Source: Lophium mytilinum (Eukaryota). Taken from it: 64,000 bases of DNA. The stretch is from contig MU004197.1 of the NCBI GenBank assembly GCA_010093605.1, positions 62,001 through 126,000 of the forward strand, in the 5' to 3' direction. Every line of letters starts with the position of its first letter. The stretch's first letter is position 1. Below are positions 47,901 through 56,499 of this stretch, one piece after another. The notes beneath the pieces are model-generated. The model had not been told where the DNA came from and searched no databases. It saw nothing but the letters and a program-made list of their open reading frames with translations. The position numbers and the translations under genes are program-made.

Positions 47901-50747
47901 TTCTTCTCGCTCTGGTAGACCGTCGGGACCGATGGCAACTCGGTCAAACATGCTTCGTTTGGGTGGAACATTAACGGTAGTAATAGAGCCCTGGTCTATT
48001 CGCTCGTTGACCACAGGCATCTTGAGATCAGATTCGAGTTTCTCTGTGACGGACTTCTCAGCATCATTGACGTTGGCAAGATGGCTTTCGGTCTTGGATG
48101 AATGGGCCGCGGGGATCTTGACGTCGGAGTCTAAGTCTTTCTCCGTAACGACTCCCTTAGAAGTAATGGCAGAGGGGACACGGTTCTGGATCTTCCGCTC
48201 TGACATCAAGGGAATTTTAGCCTCAGATTCGAACATCCGAGTGACGGCCTCGTTGGAACCATTGATGTTGCCATAAGGGTTTACGAACTTGGCGTTCGTG
48301 GGGATCTCGGATTCCGGACCCTTCTCTGTGGCGACTTTCTCAGGAACAATGACGGTGGCGACTGGAGTTTGGATTTTCTGATCTGAGACCACGGGAATCT
48401 TAACCTCAGATTCGACATTCTCTGTGACAGCCTCCTTAGGACCGTTGACGTTGGCAACAAGGCCTTGGCTCGTGGCCTTTTCGCCCGTGGGAATCTTGAC
48501 GTCGGATTCCACATTCTTCTCCGCGACAACATCCTTAGAAGCATTAACGGAGGAGATACGGTTCTGGAGTTCCTGCTCTTTGGCCACGTGAATCTTGACA
48601 TCAGGTTTGAGATCCTTAGCCTTGGAAGTTTCCTCGGAAACGGTGGGCTTGGCGAGAGACGTCGGTGTGGTGTGCTTCTCTGCTGCCATGGGGTCTTCAG
48701 CGATGACACCGGAAGTGGGAGAACGCAAAGATGCATGCACATCCATCGGAGCCTGGGTGCTGGCATTGCGAGTCGCAGGAGCAGAGTTGATGATTGACTT
48801 CCTGAACGCGTCCAGCCTCTCGTCGAGTGCAGCATTGAGCATCTGTTGCATTTCAGTCTTTCGAGTCTCATTCTCTCGATCGAGCTGGCGACGAAGCTCT
48901 TCCTTCTCCGTGCGCTCCTTCGCGACCAGCTTTGTTTGCTCATCGACTTTAGCCCGCTCCTTCGCCACTAAGCCCTCCTGCTCCTTCAGCTTCTGTTCGA
49001 CCTCGTTGGCCTTTACAAGCTGTGACTCTAGCGAACAGATTTGGGCGTCCTGGGCAGTAATTTTGGCACCTTGGCTAGCAATCTTGGCGTCTTGGCTGTT
49101 CATTTTAGCGTCTTGATGGTTGACTTGCTTCACCAAGAGCTCGAAGGTCTCACGGGGAATCTGAGAATTCTTGAGTCCAGCGACCTCTCCTCGGAGCTTG
49201 GAGAGCTCAGTGCTATCGGCCTTATTGAAGAGAGTAGTTTCCAAAGTACCCTGCTTGGTATTCATTTCAGCGACGTCTCCTTGGAGCTTGGAAAGCTTGG
49301 TGTTGTCGGCCTTGCTAGAGAGAGCAGATTCTAAACTACCCTGCTTGGTATTGATTGCAGAGACATCTCCTAGGATCTTGGAGAGCTCTGTGCTGTCGGC
49401 CTTGTTGGAGAGAGCAGCCTCCAAGGTACCCTGCTGGTCATCAATTGCTGTGAACTTCTCGCTGTAGGCCTTGGTCTGAGCCTTCGCATCGGAGGCCTTC
49501 TGGAAACCAAGGCCTGAAAGCTGAACCTCTTTGCGCACGGTGGCTCGTAAGCCATCCTTGTAATCTGTGCTCTCGAAATAGGACATCTCGACTTTTGACG
49601 CGAGCGCCGTCGTTAGGCTGATCTGCAACGTGTCGATGCCGGTAATCTTCCAGTCCTGTGCTCTACGTTGAGAGTCTGCGACGGCGGTTGTTTGAAATCC
49701 CGAGGTCGCTTGCTTAACCGTTCGGCGTATGGTTTTGTTGAGATCCTTATTATACTCGGGGCTCGCGAGATGTGCTTTCATTCGTTTTTCGCTCTCTTTG
49801 ATAGCGTCCCTCTCCCCTCTGCCAGCCAGCAAGCTCATGTCCTGTCTGGTGGTGCGGAGAGAGTCAACTGTTGCGCACTTCAGCACTGCCGCTACGAGCA
49901 TATCCCGGTCCTCCTCCAACCCCTTAAGTTTCCGGCCGTCGTTCCTGATATAGGCCATTTTCAGACCGTCGATTTGCCTTTGCACCCTCTTTTCCGCAGC
50001 CATGAGTTTGGTATTAACTTCAATCATGGTGACAGCATCGTTCGCCGGAAAAGGTGGATAAGCGTCGGCTGTCGGTTGCGGTGCAGCGTGGAAAGGTGGA
50101 AAGAGCATATCGGGCGGGTTTGTGTTTAATGCCTCCTCGGGGAAGAAATAACGGAACGCGACTTCGCCATAATCATTCACGAGTTTGAAGAGGACCATTA
50201 TGATAGTCGCGGCAACAGCAAGACCAGCTACGCCGATGAAGACCTTTGGGGCATATTGACCGTTCGTATCGGAAGGTGGTGTGGAGATGTAGAACTGATC
50301 TGAACCTGGTAGAGCAGCGCAAGTTGGCGCAACGAGCACAGGTGGCTCAATCCAACTTCGACACATGCCGGGCTTTTCTTGATCTGAGGTAGGAGGCGTT
50401 AGTAACATCATCGAAGAGGGGACTACGTATAACTTACGAGCTTCAAGGACGACGTATTGTCCTTCGGCAATGGGGATTACGAGTGACTGTGCTGGTACAG
50501 CGGACGAGGTAGTTGCATACGACTTCAGAACTGAATCGACGAAGTCCTTGATGTCGTCTTTGCCAATGCTTGGAGATGTTGAGCTCGAGTCATCTCCATC
50601 GTCGACATGTGGTGGTTTTTTTTTCTTCAGAAGCCCAAGCAAGTGTTCAATGGACCTAGGTGGGGCTTGTAGAAGATACACTACTAGCGCGCAGAAGTCA
50701 TGCCAGCGTTTCTCTAAGATCTCCCCGAAATCCATGGTGGTGTCCAT
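44916..50747 (-). CDS. Very large TM-anchored coiled-coil/low-complexity protein (~1925 aa; probable intron 50384-50437)
   Basis: 5.8-kb ORF with likely ATG at 50747. In-frame 54-nt phase-1 intron (GTAAGT...ACTAAC...CAG). Hydrophobic helix VFIGVAGLAVAATIIMVLF, 30-aa KADSTELSK repeats, recurring VKIP repeats and an acidic tract. Confidence 0.8.
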   Translation of the reverse strand: MDTTMDFGEILEKRWHDFCALVVYLLQAPPRSIEHLLGLLKKKKPPHVDDGDDSSSTSPSIGKDDIKDFVDSVLKSYATTSSAVPAQSLVIPIAEGQYVVLEARKLYVVPSSMMLLTPPTSDQEKPGMCRSWIEPPVLVAPTCAALPGSDQFYISTPPSDTNGQYAPKVFIGVAGLAVAATIIMVLFKLVNDYGEVAFRYFFPEEALNTNPPDMLFPPFHAAPQPTADAYPPFPANDAVTMIEVNTKLMAAEKRVQRQIDGLKMAYIRNDGRKLKGLEEDRDMLVAAVLKCATVDSLRTTRQDMSLLAGRGERDAIKESEKRMKAHLASPEYNKDLNKTIRRTVKQATSGFQTTAVADSQRRAQDWKITGIDTLQISLTTALASKVEMSYFESTDYKDGLRATVRKEVQLSGLGFQKASDAKAQTKAYSEKFTAIDDQQGTLEAALSNKADSTELSKILGDVSAINTKQGSLESALSSKADNTKLSKLQGDVAEMNTKQGTLETTLFNKADSTELSKLRGEVAGLKNSQIPRETFELLVKQVNHQDAKMNSQDAKIASQGAKITAQDAQICSLESQLVKANEVEQKLKEQEGLVAKERAKVDEQTKLVAKERTEKEELRRQLDRENETRKTEMQQMLNAALDERLDAFRKSIINSAPATRNASTQAPMDVHASLRSPTSGVIAEDPMAAEKHTTPTSLAKPTVSEETSKAKDLKPDVKIHVAKEQELQNRISSVNASKDVVAEKNVESDVKIPTGEKATSQGLVANVNGPKEAVTENVESEVKIPVVSDQKIQTPVATVIVPEKVATEKGPESEIPTNAKFVNPYGNINGSNEAVTRMFESEAKIPLMSERKIQNRVPSAITSKGVVTEKDLDSDVKIPAAHSSKTESHLANVNDAEKSVTEKLESDLKMPVVNERIDQGSITTVNVPPKRSMFDRVAIGPDGLPEREETTGEIEYLVEDSDDESSEDTDFEQGNDENEKDDVEQYEEDEKDEEEEQDEQDDEQEVDETPATLDEDDKDDVEENEEEEQDEEDDQEVNETLATLTERQHALHPTPRDTIAEENFEFEVKIPVVKEQDIPSPAATIIVPEKVVAAKNVATEVKLPVAEVSKTESPVATVDASNEVIAADSPKSQVKRVTPPEDQKVPSASTSKQDDPVFKTASVWVAASPTWDVQTAKPAGKSHIKQPTEETVVMKDDGIDEEEQCQSEKRKVRLGMMRENLAKEAAAKRKEIAEKRNEAKTIGIASANIVNTAYITQPGAAPSNIATDKSAIPHTGNDSLLSLTSASPCQKPITTPTSANQGLSSLPLPKDAGSGRASPIVDGKQKAEKLGETAGASDSQTASVPDSIGAAVSSPGELQKPEVSTTPLRKFATPRVSRRAQKESQRAATGLQKPDVVLQSNNISSIISPAAPDVASKLGLPAQSALPQLQGKPVFAPVPGPKAQSIFATEGTKTVMTGNPFAQFKMAAVAAPVNGAKTEGLFTGISAAQDAQPKFSGLFSDIKQPNTNVTNEQEKAAEGASTQTNSGLSLSVLEGSMAPKFFAQKSKFFNVVEPSAPSKEVKQDAIPTPALAKPPAAHGTGPASGSMSNSPEPSAQTAQVANIVEPNPPSTDAMEDANSTPAPVNPPTTNATGLASDTKSNSPEPPSTPKPRKAFPKLRRKAPTQSSGIELYPTPVQLPVTAIVPETPIVAPFAFTPINSSRAAPPPTAVKFDASQFTDGSFPSKGVEVTQNGTTIEQHPQGPETPKAGGVKGPSNAVAKAAANRKAAVAKAAAHRKAAVYANFEAAEEETSLVCLVNPQSLVINVIPSTITNHIASQSPMKPQFDTAFGAPPPVFGVLSSGLATAQAENDTTAPIVATTPLLSAIPSTPTPSTASPAIGASSVATPPAATPSTPAAATPSTQVAATPSTQVAVTPSAPAVITPGKAGYVEDETDFGFESEED

Positions 50748-51469
50748 GGTGGTTGGAGGTGAATATAGCTGGTGTGATGTGAGCAATGGCGTTGAAGATG
50801 TTGTTGGAGGGGACGAAGACGTACAGAGCGCTGGCACGGAGAGGAGTCTCGGTAAGCCTCGTAGATTGACCCGCAAGGGGAAGGGGGTGGCTTGAGTGGG
50901 GTGAGCAGTGACTCTAGGAGTGGTCTGGAGTAGGACGCTGGGAGGAGAGAGCTCACGATGTGTGTAAAGGGGGTTCCGTACCGCTAATGCGGTGGAGCGG
51001 GGGCTCTGGGTGCGCAGACCAATGCGCGAGGGAAAAGAGGTGGGCTGCGTTGTGTGAGCAGTGGTATTGACGGTGGGGTGGTGAGGGTGTTGTCGGGAAC
51101 AGAGAAGGTGTCAACTTGGATTGGGGGCGAGGTGATTTAAATATGCGGGCCCGAGTGCGGCAGCAGTGTCACGAGGTCGCAGATGGTGCCTGGAGCAATG
51201 CCTGGAGCGGTACTCCAAGCGGTGCTAACCGCGGGGGGTGCTTTCAGGTGAATGATTACAAGAGGTGTTTGCCCGTTCGATCGGCATCACACCTTAGTGA
51301 TTGTCAACATTGTACGACGAACTACTATAGCGTGAACCATGGGTGCAGTCTTTGGATCTACATTGTTCATATGCAATGGTCAGTTACGTGAACAAGTCAG
51401 GTACGTCTCTACGTGGATGTGATTCTATATACTTTGAAGATCTTGAGGTGATGTCGACTGTCTCTTGAC

Positions 51470-52070
51470 TGAGCATCTTCTTAGCAGCCAGGCTACCCCC
51501 TACAGCGGTGTTGCCTTGACAAGACTGATACTTCTTTAGTCGATTATACAACACTATATATAACTGTTAACGCATTAGTTATCAGACTACCTCTTGAAAC
51601 TGTGGTCACTGACTGGTGGGGCTACCCCTTACAGTAGTGTCCCGTGTGCAACGTTGAAGCCAATCCAATCTCATCTTCATTGCGAAAACCTGGCAATGTC
51701 AGGTGGCGGATAGAATGACAATCCTTAAGTCTGGGCGCTGTGGTTCGTCTGGTTCGCCACTGCGTAGAGAACCCCCGAGGATTCCGAAGATCGGAAGGCG
51801 ATGTCAAGTTTTCAGCAACACAGATTTGACTACCTCTTGACTAGTCAGCTGCTGGACAGCCAGGCTACCCCCTACAGTGGTGTCAAGCGAGCAATATTAG
51901 AGCCAAGGAGTAATAGATCTGTGTGTCTACACATGCAACTTAGTACTGTAGATTATGCCTTCAATATGAAGTTTCACGCAATGCAGATTAGACTGCCTCT
52001 TGACTAAGTAGCTGCTTAGTAGTCAGGCTGCTCCCAAGAATGGTATCAGGCGAGCAATATTGAAGCGAAG
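51470..52070 (+). repeat. Irregular cluster of four repeat-family units
   Basis: Cores ggctaccccctacagcggtg (~51491), gctaccccttacagtagtg (~51621), ggctaccccctacagtggtg (~51863) and ggctgctcccaagaatggta (~52026), mostly preceded by gactRcctcttga. Confidence 0.8.
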
Positions 52071-52593
52071 TAGTGCAGAAGTCTGGCTTAGTACCGTAGA
52101 TAATGGCTTTCAGCGGCTTCTTACACAATCATATCTTCACTACCTTAATCAAGGTGTTGCTCCGAAAAGTCTTTATAAACCTTCATTGGCCGTTAATCTA
52201 TCTAAAGCCCCCGAACTTCTACCCACCCCCCGAGACGGAACGCCCGACACGCCAGATAATTTAGAAGAAGAAAGGAAACAAAGCAATCACAAGCCGTCAG
52301 GCCCAGCACTATGATGCTTCCTCCGACCCGAGGGATAGCTAGAAAGCCGTCAAACCTCAGGTAGAATGGAAAACCTCGCCGCGTTACACCTTAGCTACAT
52401 GACGCCGCCTCTCGTTCCAGGGGGATAGCTAAAAAGCCGTCAAACCGCCGTACAGAAGAGGGCTTTTGTTATTTTTGTTATTTTTGTTTGTTCTGGGGAT
52501 TGGGGTATTTTGTGGGGTGGGTGGGTAGTATAGGGCGCAAACTCGTCTTCATCGTAAAGAAACACACTCCTCACCAGCCGTGTAGGCCCATCT

Positions 52594-55500
52594 CTACATA
52601 TCGTCTTCGGTATCATCGTCCATCGCATCACCGATAGGTGGCTTCTTGGTGAATGTCAGGACAGGAGTAGGTGCCGGAGCGAGAATCGTAAATTTGTATG
52701 CGGTTGACGCCGAGGACTCTACAATGACCATGGCATCCTCGTCGACTGCCGGGGCTTGAATAGGAGGCTGTGCGAACGCATTTTGACGTAACATAGCTCG
52801 GAAGATGTTGCGAGACAATCTAGCTTTCAAAGTAGCTCTCGTAGGACTTCTCGCAATAGCTCTCGCAGGACTCCTCGCAGTAACTCTCGCAGTAGGAGGA
52901 GCAGTCGGTGCGACAGGAATCTCAGCTCTAGGAGGGGAGTGGATCTTTGTCGGCCGTGGCGATTCTTCATCATTTCCGACGGTATCCGGGAGAGCCACAG
53001 TGTTAGTGGCTACGATGCCCGATCGCCGAACAGAACGTGCCTTCATCTTGATCTTTCGTCGCCCGACTGGAGTGACTCCTGGACTTGGGCTATCCGCGGT
53101 AGTGGCTTGAGCGTCATATTCCGACGTGGAAGGATGTGCGGTAGTGGGGGATCGCTTGGGAGGAGTCGTCGGAGCTTGGTCAACTGGCGCAGATGATGAC
53201 GAAGCAGCGGCAGCCCCTGTAGATGATACTGTGGGAGCAGACGACTGTGGTGTCGGCGGTGTCTGGGTCATGCCGGGCGGGTTTGGTAGTGATGAAGTAT
53301 CATTGGCGGACTGCTCTGATTCGCCGGCCGTCAAAACTGAAATGGCTAGTGGCGTAGCCTCAGAATCAGTGGAGGCCTCGTTGCGAGACCCGACGGGAGT
53401 ATCGATCTTGGCGGTGCTCGGGTCATAGGGCTCAACGGTAGGCTCAGCATTTGACGCTGAAGAAGACCCAGCAGCTGGGTCTCGCTCGGCCGATGGAATA
53501 CCAACGCTCTGAGGAGCGTCCTGTGCAGGCTCCTCAGTAGCAGCATCACTTACTGCAGGCAAGGTGATAGCGGTTGGGCTCTCCTTAACCTCCTTCTTCT
53601 CGGCTCCAGATGCAGCAGTGTGCTTTACCTCGTCGGGCTTTGAGGAACCTCCGATGACTATGGGCTTGGACGGATCTGCCACAGGGCTCGCAGCATTCTG
53701 AGCTTCGGCAGTCTTAGGCGTACTCGCAGGATTTACATCGGGGCTAGCTTCTTTGGTGGAGGTGTGGACATCGGAAGCGTCCTTAGCGGTGGAGGTATTG
53801 TTGGAGTTATCTGCAAAGCTAGGAGGGACAGTTGCATTGCCGGGGGCGAACTTGACCGGTGGCGCAAGCTTGGACTTCAAGGGAGTTTGAGCAGGCGTAG
53901 ACGGCTCCGAGGCAGAACCGGTCTTGGGTGTCACGTCGAGCTGAGAAGACGCAGACGGCTTGACCGGGGACGCCTGTGATGTGACAGATTCTTTTGACAT
54001 CGCAGGCGGCTTAGTTGTAGCACCTGGTGTTGCCTCCGTTGAGGCTTCTTTGCCAATAGAAGACGGCCTTTTCCTAGCCGTGGGGGTAGACTTGGGAGTC
54101 GTACCAGGTTTGGTGACAGCTGCGACGGCGGATTGGTTGTCAACAATGGATCTAGAAACTTTGGTGCGCGCGTCTGGAAGGTCCATGGAAGCTACGGGCG
54201 TCTCTTCACGAGGGGAAGCCTTCTCGGCGGTGAAAATGTACCCCTCTTTCTGGAAATCAAGAAGTATCGCCTTGACGTTTGACTTGATGGTCTCGTTCTG
54301 TGTCGCCTTGAATACTTCGAAATCGGCTCTGCATTGCTGGTACTGCTCTTGCAACTGCTCTTGCACCAACTTGTTTTCCATTTGCTGGGAAGCGTTAAGA
54401 TCTACCTGCTCGGACAGCAGCTTTTCGATACGGGGAATCTTTGCGTTTTGCGTCTCTAGCGATGCAATGGTGGCGTCCCTGCGTTTGATCTCTGCTTGAA
54501 GTTCCTTGCGGACTCCGTCGATCTCTACTTGAGATTCCCTGCAGACTCTGTCGTACTTCTCGTCGTACTTTGTGAGCAGTTTGTCGTCCGCTTTCGCATT
54601 GATGTCTAATTTCATATCATGAAGCGTTCTAGCCATATCTCGTGCGCTGATTCCCTTGTCGCGATCCTTGAGAAGTCCGATTTCCTTGTACATTTTCTTT
54701 TCGAGATCTTTCAGCGCTGTCTTGTTGGCTTTGGCGCTGTCGGAGTTGAGACCCTTCTTGTCCAGGTCCTTTCGGAGCTGATTGATCATGCCAACAAGCG
54801 TGACAAAGCCTTCCTGCTTCATCAGCTCGTCTCGGCGAAGATAGGAGCTGAAGTGGTCCTTGAGCGCCCCATTCGCGAAGTCCTTGATCTGGCCCTTGAC
54901 CCAGTCTTGCATCGAAACAGCAAATTCGTGGTCCATGGCGGGGTCTGCCTTCTTCAGGTACTCTTGCTTCAGATCGTTGCATACCTCGACTAACCAGGCA
55001 ATAGTTGGTTCGCTGTCGAGGGTTGACTTGGTTACGATGAATTGCCCCAGTTCCTCAATCGATATGTTCTGTTCACCCAGAGTGATGTATTGCTTGTGGG
55101 ACCGATCAAGAATTCCTTCGGCCACAGGGTGGGTGGCTGCGGGTGCCGTTGGAATGCCCCGAGGGCGACTGAATGGGTTGGGAATGGTTCGTGCACGGCG
55201 AAGGGCGCTTGGGACAGTCTTAGCTGCCAAGTAGCCGCCTAGGGATACGGCGCCCACTACGCCCAGGCAGAGGACAATGCGGCCAACATCGCCAGACGTA
55301 AAGCTGTTCAGGCGGTTGAACATGGTATTCCCTGCTGGCAGCATGCGCATTTGATTATCGGGCGTGGGGGCTTCGTAGGCTTGGACTGATAGTTACAGTG
55401 TCAGAAAGGACTGGTCATTCACTTTGTCGCCGTTGGTATACATACATGTCACATTTCCAGAGTTAGAGCTATCGAACTCCGGAAGGCCTGTTTCCACTGT

Positions 55501-55764
55501 AGGAAGGAGGAAGCTTGGAGGTCCCTGAGCAGTAGGAAATGCGTCATGTTTGCCAGATTTCTCTGAGATATGATCAATCATGCGTTGTACAGCCGGCGAA
55601 GCTGGGAAACCACGGCCGATGGTATCGTGGGGTAGATAGCGGATGGTAGCATGAACCGCTAGGCGCACGAGGTCTGCTTGTGTCTCGATGAGCCAGGCGA
55701 AACCATCGCGAATAGCCATTATCCCATTCTCGAAGACGAGAAGAAAGACGTTGGGTTCAGGCAT
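52594..55764 (-). CDS. TM-anchored coiled-coil/low-complexity protein, paralog-like to 44916-50747 (exons 55764-55446 and 55385-52594; ~1036 aa)
   Basis: A phase-1 intron at 55386-55445 (GTATGT...TCTGAC...CAG) removes the TAA and joins the ORFs in frame. TM helix IVLCLGVVGAVSLGGYLAA, coiled coil, then an S/T/P/A-rich tail. Confidence 0.8.
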
Positions 55765-56499
55765 ATCGGAGGTAGGATGTCGGAGAGGTGGAGAGGGTGT
55801 AGAAGCTAAGGTGGCGTTTAGCACTTGCTAATAGTAAAAGCACGGGGAGACTGCGCAAGGCAAGGCGGCCTACGGGTTGGAGAGAGGAGATGAGTGTGTG
55901 ATGTTGATGTAGAAGGAGTACAGTTGATTGTGGGAGTGCGTTGACCACGGCGCAGATGAAAACCTTGAAGAATTGGACGATGCACACGACAGCAGGAGAT
56001 GTCAGGGTGCTGTGGTGTGGGTGGGAATCAAGGTTGGTGGTGGAGAGAAGGTCAGCAACCCAGCGAAGGCTTGAAGTTATGGTCGAGCGGCAGCAGACGC
56101 CAAGGCGCGCTAGCGAGTGATAGAGGTCGCTCTTAGGGCTCAACGGGCTTGCCTTTGCCCGCCCGGCCCTTTTTTGAGTGAATCTTGTGATGCTTTGCCG
56201 AGAGGTATACGCGGTCGGGCACCCCCGGACTCTGAGTTTGAACAATGTCACCATGTAAAGACCAGGCGCTTCATATAGGGCTTCAGGTCTACGGGAAGTC
56301 TGGGTTGAGAGCATAGCTCCTAAGAAGGTCTCAACGAGGGCTGGGATGATCCGAGATCACGTGTAAAATAAGCGAGATTCACGTGACTTTAGCGCATACC
56401 CTTTCAAATCAGCATAGTCCCCGGTCGTTGTGAACTCTAACTCGTCACTGCTTGGGGTCCATCTAGGAGCTCTTGGAATCATGATTGTACCTCAAAATT

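Noticed and set aside
51801..52007. Similar short ORFs (MSSF.Q.R.D.LLT..L.SSQ.TP) at 17765-18046, 51801-52007 and 63746-64000 as a small protein family
   Set aside because: They are translations of the non-coding repeat family. Starts and stops are not conserved and other copies carry stops.
55393..55395. Stop-codon readthrough between ORFs 55393-55824 and 52594-55350
   Set aside because: The TAA lies inside a canonical 60-nt intron (55386-55445).
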